DNA of 64,000 bases, from assembly GCF_009914755.1 (NCBI RefSeq), contig NC_060928.1; one strand, written 5' to 3'. The DNA is from the human T2T-CHM13v2.0 reference genome, Homo sapiens. Both the position numbers and the translations under genes were made by a program. Below are positions 29,003 through 40,510 of the stretch, in pieces (within the stretch, counting starts at the first letter, position 1; the number at the start of each line of letters is the position of its first letter). Under the pieces are notes generated by a model that was given only the letters and a program-made list of their open reading frames with translations, searched no databases and had not been told where the DNA came from.

Positions 29003-29839
29003 TTAATTGAATTTTTAAAATCTTGACTTAAGAGATACTTTGTATCCTTGTTTTAATGATCACACTGTTTGTGACAGGAACAACTTGATAAATGTTACAT
29101 TGTAGCCTGTTATATTAAAGAACATTATTTTTATTGGCAAAGCTTTTCATGTGAGAGGCAGGAGAGAGATTAGTGAGAGTTGTCAGGAAATTACTGACAT
29201 TTTCTGATATTTTCCTATATTCTGGGCACTGTATTCAGTAGTCTATATTCCTTCATTTATTTAGTGCATATAACAATTTAACAGTTAGGTAATGAGCAAA
29301 CAGAGAGTTTAAATAATCTGCCCCAGATTATACACATAGCACAAATAGGCCCTTTCTACTGTACAGCAAAGACTCCGTAAATCTAGAATGTGTGAATGTC
29401 ATTAGTAAGAACTCTGCAAATGACATACAGTGATGACATATCCTACACATATTAGTAGTACTCTCCATAGTGCTCCTTTTTCCTTCCTCTGCCCTTCTGT
29501 CAGGTGTACATTTTCAAATGGAGACCTTTCTTTTAATCTTCTCTCAGAACTTTCTTTGAAGACTCCTTTGGTATATAAATTAACTTGCAAAATTAAGTTG
29601 GCTATCTCAGTAGAAGAAGAACGCCTCAGACATAAACCATTGTTATTCTCCTTTCTGATATTTCTTCTTGTAGGTAAAGATGTAATTGAAATAGAATCTA
29701 TTGGAGCAGTTAAGTGAACCTGTGATGAAAGCTGCACAAGCAGGTGTATAACCATTTGGCACATTGGTTCCTTCTCTGCAGTCAACTCTGTAGTTAGGAG
29801 ATTTGGGAGTGAATGTTTAACTGCTATGAAACTCATTTT

Positions 29840-30570
29840 TTAAAATAAACTTTTTATTTTATAATTGATTTAGAAAATTTCCAAAGGTAATATAGAGTCC
29901 TCATATACCCTTCACCCAGTTTCCCCTGCTATTAACATTTGACCTTACTTTGGGGCTGTATATGTGTCACAGCTAAGAAAGGAACAATGGTATATTACCA
30001 GCAACCAAGCTCCAAACTTTATTCAGATTTGTTTCCTCTCTCCCTTTCCATAATGCCATTTTTTTCTGTTCAAGGATTCCATCTAGAAAACCACTTTGCA
30101 CTTAGTCATCATGTCATCTTAGTCTCTGTTGGTTTTTAACTCTTTTTTTACACTTTCCTTGATAGTTTTAAGCAGTGATGATCAGATATTTTATTGAATA
30201 TTTCTGAAATGGAGTTGGCCTGATGTATTTCTCATAGACTGGGGTGTTGAGGAGGTAGACCACAGAGGTGAAGTGCCATTCTCATCATATCAGGGGTACC
30301 TGCTATCAGCATGGCTTGTCTTCAGTCATGTTAACCTCAATCACCTGCCCAAGGGAGTGTTTGCCAGTTATTCCAGTGTAAAGTTATATTCCTTTTCATA
30401 CTGTACTCCTTGGAAGCAAGTCACTAAGCACAGCTTAGAGTCAAGGGTGGGGTTGATTAAGCTCTGCTTCATGGAGCGAGACTATCTAAATATATAAATT
30501 TTTTGAATTCTTCTGAAAGGGAGATTTTTCCCATTCTACCATTGATTTACTTGGTTATCCAGTTACTAAA
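29840..30570 (-). mobile_element. Old L1M(C/D)-like 3' UTR fragment
   Basis: tagagtcctcatatacccttcacccagtttcccctgctattaacat...ccacagaggtgaagtgccattctcatcatatc. Confidence 0.6.
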
Positions 30571-30574
30571 TCTT

Positions 30575-31460
30575 TATTTTAAAAATAATTTCAACTTTTA
30601 TTTTAGATTCAGAGGGCACACATGCAGGTTTGTTACATGGGCATATTGTGTGTTGCTGAGGTTTGGGGTACAATTGATCCAGTCACCCTGGTAGTGAGCA
30701 TAGTACCCAGTAGTTTTTCAACCCTTGGGAGCCTGCGTGTCTCCTTCCCCACTCCAGTAGGCCCCAGTGTCTGTTGTTGCCATCTTTATGTCCATGTGTA
30801 CCTAATGTTAAGTTCCCACTTTTAAGTGAGAACATGCAATAATAGGGATACATCTGTTCCTGTGTTAATCTGCTTAGGATAATGCCCTCCAGCTGCATCA
30901 ATGTTGCTATGGTTTCATTCTTTTTTATTACACTGTAGTATTCCATGGTGTATATGTACCATATTTTCTTTATCCAGTCTACTGCTGATGTGTACCTCAG
31001 TTGATTTCATATCTTTTCTACTGTCAATAGTGCTGCGATGAACATATAAGTGCCCATGTCTTTTTGGTAGAATGATTTATTTTCTTTTGGATATATACCC
31101 AGTAATGGCTTTACTGGGTAGAATGGTAGTTGGTAGTACTGTTTTAACTTGTTTGAGAAATCTCCAAACTGCTTTCCACAGTGGCTGAACTAATTTATAT
31201 TCCCACAAGCAATGTATAAGCATTCCCTTTTCTCCACAGCCTTGCCAGCATTTGTGGATTTTTGACTTTTTAGTAATAGCCTTTCTGACTGGTGTAAGAT
31301 GGTATTTCACTATGGTTTTGATTTGCATTTCTCTGATAGTGATGTTGAACATTCTTTTCATGTGTTTCTTGGCCTTTTGTATGTCTTCTTTTGAGAAGCG
31401 TCTGTTCCTGTTGTTTGCCCACTTTTTAATGCGATTATTTGTGTTTTGCTTGTGGAATTG
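30575..31460 (-). mobile_element. L1PA15/16-like 3' fragment
   Basis: ORF2 C-terminal remnant (MQIKTIVKYHLTPVR) and 3'UTR caggtttgttacatgggcatattg. Confidence 0.8.
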
Positions 31461-31915
31461 TGAAACCAGTTCTTGACCTGGTACAGATAGAGGCTTAATT
31501 AGATTGGATATTGGAAATTAAAATGTAAACTGTAGATAAAAATATGTACATTAGGGTGAGAGGGTTAAATCATAGGCAAATCTGGGTGGTTCTGCTAAAT
31601 TAGACTTTTGATCTACATAGTAAGTTTCATGAGATTTTTTGAACCAAGTAGTCAGGGGCCTAATATGCCATTTATAGAAGATCCCCTTCATTGTTGGCAC
31701 CTAGCATATGTTAATAATTAAATTTAAAATGGAGGAAATTAACAGGGATACGTCTTGATTTTTTAAAATATTGCTAAATGAAAGAAATAGGCATTAGCAA
31801 GAAGTTTGACTAAGTGGAAACCTCTCCTCACATGTTTAATCTCGTTTTCACTCTCCCTCACCTAGTTGGAAGGTGAGGTTCAGAGATTCATCCTACATGC
31901 TGAAGTCCAGAAGTC

Positions 31916-32202
31916 TTTTTGGAGATGGGGTCTTGCTCTGTCACCCAGGCATGATTGCAGTGGTGTGATCATAGCTCACTGCAGGCTGGAACTCCTGGCC
32001 TAAAAAAATCCTCCTATCTTAGCTTCCCCAATAATTGGGAGTACAGGTGTGAACCACCATACCCAGCTAATTAAAAAAAATTATTTTAGAGACAGGGTCT
32101 TGCTATGTTGCTCAGGCTGGATTGAACTCCTGGCCTTAGGTGGTCCTCCTGCCTCAGCCTGCCAAGTAGCTGGGATTACAGGTACGAGCCAATGTGCCCA
32201 GC
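31916..32202 (-). mobile_element. AluJ
   Basis: Diverged antisense dimer, followed by a T-run at 32209-32237. Confidence 0.8.
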
Positions 32203-34099
32203 ATAAAAGTTTTTTTTTTTTTTTTTTTTTTTTTTTTGCAGTTCATATATTCCAAACTCTGTAACCTATATTCAGAGTCCTGCACAATTTGGTTCCACTC
32301 TGTCTAGCTTTCTTTCCAACCACTTACTAATAGGAGCTGTCTGTTCCAGTAAGATTGTACTCATGCTGTTGCACAAATTGAAAATTCATTTCTACCTGTA
32401 AGCCTTGCTCATATAATTTCTTTCCTCTCAACTTCTGTATTGCTGTATAAGTTCAATTCGTCTTTCAGCATCCAGCTCTCCCTGCAATCTGGGCCCAGTC
32501 TGTTCCATCGTCTGCTTGGAATTTCCATGTTTATTCTGTTGGGGCCACTTCATCTTAAAATGTCTTACATTTTTTCTTAATTATTTCTTATATACTTATT
32601 CTGTGGTGTTATAACCTTCTTGAGGAACCAAATCAGCTTGCACATAGTTCAAAATCAGAAATGGTTGCTGATATGAGTTCTTTTGAACTGAATTAGGATT
32701 CTGGGGAGAGAGCAGAGATTCTGTCTTTAACTTTCAGCCATTTATAGAAGCCCATATTGGGGAAATGTGAGCAGTGGGAGCTGTCCCACATTTCAGCTAT
32801 TCACTTCTTGCCCCAGAGCTCAAGGCTGGATTCCAAATTGGCAGTGGAACCATGTTGTGAATGTGGCTCTGAGCCCAACATAGAAGGTTTAAAAAGCAGA
32901 TTCTATTGCTTGATTTTTGTCTGTTTTTCCCACATAACCCTCTGCTCCTGATCATCCTTACTCATTTTACTATATACCAATCTCTTTTCCTAACTAAAAG
33001 GGATATGGATAAATATTACTCAAAGACAGTTCTTTTTAATTACCACCAACCTCCATGTTTCTGACGAGTAAGATGCATGGCTTCTGTGAAATGCAGAATG
33101 TGTAGTTTAGTAAACTTAGAGTAGTTTAAGGTTTCCTACATGGTTAAAATTCTGTATTTTGCTTAAATTTCATGAAAGTACTTAGGAAAGTATAAATTGA
33201 GGGTGTTGATTGATTGTAGTATGTGTAAAATTATCAAAACAAAAAAAACATTGTTGGGTTTCCTAAGCTAGAAGGTAGATTTGAATGGTACCTAGAGGAA
33301 TAGTGCTGGGAGGTGCAGGATGGGGTCAGGAGTAGGGGCAAATGAGGGATGTCTTTTGAAAGTGAGAAGAAAGCAGAGATTCTTTTTCCAAGAAAAGATT
33401 TTTTAAAATATCAAGTAAACATATGATGATGATATCTTAGATATAAACATTGTAATACATTTGCTACTCTACTCATAAATCCTTTATCAGACAAACTGAT
33501 GGGATTTAATAATGACGTCTTTTTGTATTTGTCTATGGTAGCATTGTAGTTTCTACATATACTGACAATTCATTTATCTTTCTTGGTGTTCTTTTATTAT
33601 TAACAGTTCTCAGAGTAAAACAAAAACAATTTTGAAAAAATTTCTTTATCTCATTCAATATCATGGCAAATGAAACGTCACAAAAATGGTCATAATTTAC
33701 ATTGAGAAACAATTACAGTTAAAATCTAAAAAGTGGAAAAACTTGCAATGGTTTTATTTATATAATAGTCAGTTAGGTTAACAGCTCTTAAAACTATAGT
33801 CATAACTGAAGTATCTTAACTTGCAGTATTCATTAGAGATTTCTTTTATATGTGACCCTTTTCATATCTGTGCACTTGATTCAAGGGTATTCACTTCATT
33901 ATTTATCTGGTGACGTAGTGTGAGTAAACTACTGTAACACAATACTTTGATCTGTTGCACTATTTTTGGCATTTCACTAAGTAAAAACATTATTTCTTGT
34001 TTTCTTTTTACATTTCTCAGTTAAAATTCTTAGCAGAGATAAAAATGTTGGTAAAAGAAACAAACTATTTTATGACAGCAGCGTTTTAAATGAGGTTTG

Positions 34100-34466
34100 C
34101 TATGGATTCCCTTCATAGCTGCCCGAGAGATTTGGGGGACATGGGTATTGCCAGCGCAGAGTGAAGCCCCGGCGTGTGCTAGCCCTTGTGTGGGCAGCTG
34201 GGTCAGGCTCCTTTCTTAAGAAAACAATCCGGCTCAGGGTCCTCACCGCCCTTTGTTGTCCTCCCCACGAGGTGATCAGTTGAAGTCTCTGTGGTGACAG
34301 AACCAGTTTGTAACAGGCTTGTCTTTCACGGTCCTGTCTCAGGGTTGCTGGCAGGCTTGCGAGAAGATCTGACAAGAGTGGCAGCAGAGGCGTCTCAGTG
34401 AAAGACGGAAAGGCAAGAAACAGGAGGCTTAAACAGGCAGGGCACATTGACTGCTCTGCTGCTGCA
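34100..34466 (+). promoter_or_regulatory. BMPR1B: Putative alternative promoter/5'UTR of BMPR1B
   Basis: Local rise in GC and CpG directly upstream of the ATG exon. The TSS cannot be determined from sequence. Confidence 0.6.
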
Positions 34467-34539
34467 ATGGGTTGGCTGGAAGAACTAAACTGGCAGCTTC
34501 ACATTTTCTTGCTCATTCTTCTCTCTATGCACACAAGGG
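34467..34539 (+). CDS. BMPR1B: BMPR1B long-isoform first coding exon (MGWLEELNWQLHIFLLILLSMHTR + phase-1 G)
   Basis: Strong Kozak gcaATGG; donor GGG|GTAAGA at 34540. The peptide matches my recollection of the BMPR1B N-terminal extension MGWLEELNWQLHIFLLILLSMHTRANFLDN-MLLRSAGK, and the split G fits the Ala codon. Confidence 0.9.
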
Positions 34540-36047
34540 GTAAGAAGATCAGTGCCCTCCACTACAGTGCTGATGGGGCTGAGTTAGAGTCTGATTTCGT
34601 GGCTTTTATCGCAGAAGGGAAAGTTCAGGCCAGAAGTTCAATGTCTATAAAGTTCCATCCCCCATTCTCCAACTGCCCTGTAATTTTACTACTTTCTCTA
34701 TTATGGCAAGGCTTTCTAAGTACTCTGTTAGAATAATTTTAAAGAGACTTAACATTTCTATTTTCTCTAACAATTGAGAATTAAATACAATTAAACTTGG
34801 AACTTTAGGAAATTCATTCTCAATATACTGTGACAGTTTATATGTGAAGAATTTAAGAAAACAGCTATTCTAACAAACTTTTTTCTGATTATTTTAGCTT
34901 GAATACTGTTAGATTTTTATAGGTTAGCTAGTTTTCTTTGAAGTTCATCATCATTTTTATATGGATGCATTGAGTAAATCTGTAATTTTGCAATGGAAAT
35001 AATTATAGTTTGTGACTATGTCAAATGTTTATTCACCTTTAAGAACAGGGGCTTGCTTTGTGATAATTTTGTTCAGAAGAATTATTATTTTATGAAGTTG
35101 ACTAAAATATAGAAAATGTTAAAGCTTATTTAAAATTTTTGAATTAAACAGTAATTTTAAGAGTGGTTGAGCTATTTTCAAATGAGAAAAAAGCTAATGA
35201 ACTGAATATAACTGGCCGTGGCAGTGATTGCAAAGAGGGAGTTATAGAGTTGGAAATAAGGAAATAATGGCTTTATAAAATTAAGCCAAATGATAAAGGG
35301 AATATGTATGAGATTGAAATGTATTTAAAGTTCAGCTTTATGTACTTGTGGATGCATATTATAGAACTAACTTGGCTGTACTGTTTATCAGAAGAGTGTG
35401 TAATTTTGATTGGGATTTACAGCATTCAGATTTTCATAATCTCAAAGTATTCTGTGACACTATTAAGATACTATGTTCTGTGGCTTGGCCCTACGGAAAA
35501 AGTTTTTAATTTCTGTATATATAAATGTATTTTTACTTATACCGTATACATAAGTTTAATTTTTGTGTGTTGATATGAAGGAATGATAGGTATTTCATCA
35601 ACCTAGTTTGCTAGTTTAGTCTCTAAAAATTGTTGTAGGGAGAATAGAAAAACTTCAGGGAAACTGTGTCTTAAGAATGTTCCAGGAAGCTCGAAGCATG
35701 ATATATGTGAGGTAAAATTCTCATTCCTCTATTCTAGCTACTACTGCCTCTTCATTGCCTGAGAGTCATTTTTTATTCTCTTTTAGCATTTTCTTTGAAA
35801 TACACGAATACTTGGCTTTAGTATTGAGTTATGCCAATAAAAAGCAAAGAGGCCATATGCTACAGACAGAATCTTTGAATCATAAAATGCTAACCTTAGA
35901 ATGTCCCTTAACATAATGTGGTATAAAATAATGTCTTAATGTCTTATTTCTTCCAGTGAGGAAGTTGACATCCAGAGACATTCTTTGTCTTCCTCTAGGT
36001 CATATAGGTGTAGGGAACCTTTTTAAAAAGCTCCCTTTGCAGGGCAC

Positions 36048-36048
<1 letters not shown>

Positions 36049-36100
<52 letters not shown>
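36049..36100. repeat. (TG)n microsatellite, ~26 units
   Basis: Perfect TG run. Confidence 0.97.
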
Positions 36101-36101
<1 letters not shown>

Positions 36102-36137
36102 TGTGCCTGTACTTAATTTATCTTATATCATACTATC

Positions 36138-36370
36138 ATAGTGGCTAAGAGTACAAATTCTGGACCCAGAATGCCTGGTTTTTAATCTTAGCTCTGCCAC
36201 TCACTAGTTGTATGAACTCAAATGAATTATCTTATTGTTGTCTCAATTTTCACAACTGTAAAATAGGGATAATAATTATATTTACTATCAATTTGACTAT
36301 TAAATGAGTAAGTATACATAAGCACTTAGAATAGTGTCTGGCACATAATATTACCTGAAAGTTTGCTGCT
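36138..36370 (+). mobile_element. MIR
   Basis: atagtggctaagagtac...tcttagctctgccactcactag...ctgtaaaatagggataata...agcacttagaatagtgtctggcacata. Confidence 0.8.
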
Positions 36371-39300
36371 GTTAGTATCATTATTAATAATTAATTTATG
36401 CAAAAATAGGAGGCAACCAAGCTAGAAATGTACATTGAGATAGGACTGTGAACATCCAACAGGTCATCTTAGTGTGATGAACATGTTGAATCCCAATTGA
36501 TTTTCCCAGCTTTGTCACCAATTGACTTTTTTTGTTGAGGAATTACTCTCCGTAACTTTCTATAAAGTACACTTGAGGTTGTTTATTTTATTTTATTTTT
36601 GCCCTGATAAATACAGAATGTGCTATAAACAGAGAAGGACTATGAGATTAACAGAAATTAAGCCACTTAGACTATTAAGTTAAATATTCCTTGACAACAT
36701 CTAACATCCTTTACAATTATTAATTCTGCGTCTACTTCAGTGAGAATAATGATCACAGAAAAGGAAAATACGAAACACTGATAAATGATGTGTTCATGAC
36801 TTTCAAATGAGTGACAAAGCCGAGATTAATATTCTGAGATCTTACATCCATATTTAAAATAAATGTCTTTCAAAATGACGACTTGAGACATTTGGAGAAT
36901 GTGAGCATCAGGTGCATAAAAATATTTTGTTAAATATATGGAAACCTAAAAGATTTATATGAAGGAATATGTGTAATATTGCACTTCCACCTCAAGTGGC
37001 ACAAAGCTCTGCAAAGTCACAATAAGTGGAAAGAAGAACTCTTCCTACTTGGGATAGAAGCAAGGGTGGCCTATGTATATGGTGACTCATCAACCTAAAT
37101 CTTACCACTGCCTAGCTATTACCTTAAATGTTTTACTAGAAAGAGATACAGGCTTTGAAAAAGGAGGCATGAGTACATCTTGGTAGAGGTCTTGAACTTC
37201 AAGTTTTTTAAATACTGGAATATTGTGATTGCTTCAGAAACATATTTTTAAATCTAGGGAAATGGGGAATTGCCTTCCTAATAGTGAAAATGTGACCTGT
37301 AATGGTCAAAATCTGTAGTGTTAATTTCTACTTGAAATGGATTATGTTTAGATTGAGCTACTTGTACTATCCTACCCCTTTATTCTCCAAACATAGTAGA
37401 GACTCACAGGCAGTCATAATGAATATAGTGCAATGTGTAAACAGTACTAAAATATTGAATATAGTGCAATGCATAAACAGTATTAAAACATCATTTTGTT
37501 CACTACCATTCTTCTTAAATTCTGTTAAGAGAATTTAGTAAAGTTATAAAGATGGTAGACTGACAGACCTAAAAACTAAAGGACTCTGGGTTTGTTGTTC
37601 TAACACAATGGTGGCAACAATGTACCCGTCCTGACGAGGATAGGCCTCATGTTCCCACATTTAAGATGGTGAAATTTTCATTGGTTCCCTGTTAAATGTA
37701 CATGTGAAAATGTCTATAATTTTTCCCCTATAAAATAATGCTAATAGGCTATTAAAGCAATCAGATTAAATAAAACTTGGCAGCCACATTTATTTTAGGA
37801 GCAATTCTACATCAATAAAGATACTTACAGGAAAACAAGGTGAGATAGGAAGTAGAAATCCACTCCCTTGTGAATACAGGAAAATCCTCAAACCCAGTGA
37901 TCAAAACCAGACCCAAGTCTCCATGGTCTGTACAGTTTTATATAACCTGGATTTTATGTACCACCTCTCCGTTGCCAGGCCATATTCCATAGGTTTCCTA
38001 TTGTCATATTTATGTCTGGCCTAGTTGACACTAATTTAAAATTCAAAAAATAGGTTATACATTTTTTTTTAGTATAATCAGGGCAAATAGGGAATCCAGT
38101 AAGAGGAGGATAACAAACATGGCTGTGAATAGGTAGTTTCACAATTAGAATGATAATATTGCTATGCGGCATCAGTTTTTGGTAATATTTTAAGTGAAAA
38201 ATGATCCTTATTACCATATGGCAAAATATACTGAAAATCTGAACTGTTAGACCAACACAGCTGTTAAATGCATAAATGTGGTTATGTGTTTAAAATGTTT
38301 TCTACTACAGCTATTTTGTGGCATTTCTTAATCTCAGGCTATTAATCGGCAGTAACTGCAAGTTGTGGTGAGCATCACAGATGTAAGAAATTTGATCTCT
38401 GGTAATTTACCTGGGAAGAAAATGGCTAAACTATAGTTTTCAACTTAAGTTCTGCTCATTAGATTGGATAGTAATTTCACGTAATTGCCAAGTACAGACT
38501 GAAATTACTTGGTTTCACCTTTTTTTATTATTTTCAAAATGCTAGCAACCGTATGCAAGTCTTATCTGTGTATAAATGTCTGTACATAGTATAATTCAAA
38601 CTTGTAAATTACAAATATATGAAGGCTTTTGAAAAAACATTGGAACAGCAAAATAACTCAAATTAGTTTCTTTTTTCTCTGTAAGCCAACTGAATCTGAA
38701 ATAACATTGGACAGATATTTTATTGATTTAGAACATTGTACAAATCTTTTATTGATTTAGAATTGCCAGGAATAAATCTATGAATTCTTCCCCCAACTTT
38801 TCAAATGCATATCTATTTTTAGAATTCATATAAGAATTTGAACAAATCCTCAAATAAGAGAAAATATTGACAACTAATTATAGAACAATTATCTTAATCA
38901 GCTAAGTTTTCTGTGAAGCTTTCTTATGCTGCATTTTAGGTCCAGATGGCCTCTTTTGGTCTTGATTATTATACTTGTTATCTGTAAAATAGAGACTTTG
39001 TCTATATTAATATATATTTGTTGGTTTGGAAAAGTGAATAGTAAAATACATAAGGATGATCTTGTGACTTTGCACTCTATTTTTACTCTAGACCTCTCCA
39101 TGTTTCTTTTAACTTGGAAAATATCTTTCCGGATTAACTGATTACTCTGCTTGATACTATCTCTGTTACATTCTTTTGATGATTAGTTAACTATATAAAA
39201 TCATAGTATTGATATTTTGGTTATAAAGAACAGAATCTTAAGTAGAGAAAGAAGTTTAATGGAGACATAAAGAAAAACTAAAGGAAACACAGGCCTCATG

Positions 39301-39409
39301 GGACCCAGCAGGCCAGGAGGACCGGAACATCTCCTTGTCTATGTCTGTCTCTCTCTGAGGGCCTTGTGCACGTTCCACTCTCGCTGTGTGCGTCTGCTCC
39401 CTTCTTTTC

Positions 39410-39910
39410 TTTTTGTTTAAAATTCTTTAATGGACGCTCCTTGTATTTAGGATAAAATCCAGATCTTTCTGTGTCCTGCAAAGGTCTGATATCAGCTGGC
39501 TCCTGACTCATCTTGCAGCTCATCTCACTGCTTACTGAGCATCAGCCATATAGGCCTGAAAACAAACAAAACAAAACAAAACAAGACAAAAATGATCCAA
39601 CCTTTTTCTCACTCAGGTACTTCACATATACTGTTTTCACAGTCTGGAAAGTTCTTTGCCTTTCTACTCTGTTTATCCATGCATTTGCATAAGTGCCATT
39701 TAGTTAAGTTTTCCTTAACAATCTAAATTAAATGAAACCCCTTTGATATAATCCCTCATTGTGTTTTATTTTTCCTTTATGGTACATATCATAATTTATC
39801 ATTATACATGTCACTCTCCTGCTGGAAGCTAAGCTTCTCAGAAGAACAAACTCTGTCCATTTTATTTATTGTTGTGTCTTGAGTGTATAGCACAGGCTTG
39901 GTGTATAGAG
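39410..39910. mobile_element. L2-like fragment
   Basis: taggataaaatccagatc...aagctaagcttct...gtatagcacaggcttggtgtatag. Confidence 0.55.
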
Positions 39911-40013
39911 GAATCTATGTCCCTGGACATACTTATAGTTTCTTGCTTGACTCAAAATGGTGGCTGCAGTCCCTAATGTTCCAAGACCATTTTGCTTAGC
40001 TCTGCAGAGTTAA

Positions 40014-40290
<277 letters not shown>

Positions 40291-40365
40291 CACTTTTATT
40301 TTTAATTTCTTTGGAGGGAGAATTTGATTGGCTGCGGACCCTTAGAATAATCAAAGGTAACCTAC

Positions 40366-40510
40366 TAGCCATGTTAAAGGTTTTTGATTGCCAGTGTAAT
40401 CCAAACCCTTTTCTAGAAAAACTGCACCTGCTCACAGTGTCTATTATTGTCTGGTTTTTCTAGAAGAGGGTTTGGATTATATTGACAATCAAAAACCTTT
40501 AACATGGCTA
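40366..40510. repeat. Inverted repeat, 58-bp arms with a 29-nt spacer
   Basis: Arms 40366-40423 and 40453-40510 are reverse complements at 53/58 positions. Confidence 0.95.

Noticed and set aside
34141-34164. 7-codon uORF (MGIASAE)
   Set aside because: TSS unknown and it may lie upstream of it; no evidence of use.
34398-34736. 112-aa ORF as a complete CDS
   Set aside because: Only 34467-34539 is supported. The upstream start is a GTG and the remainder is read-through past the GTAAGA donor.
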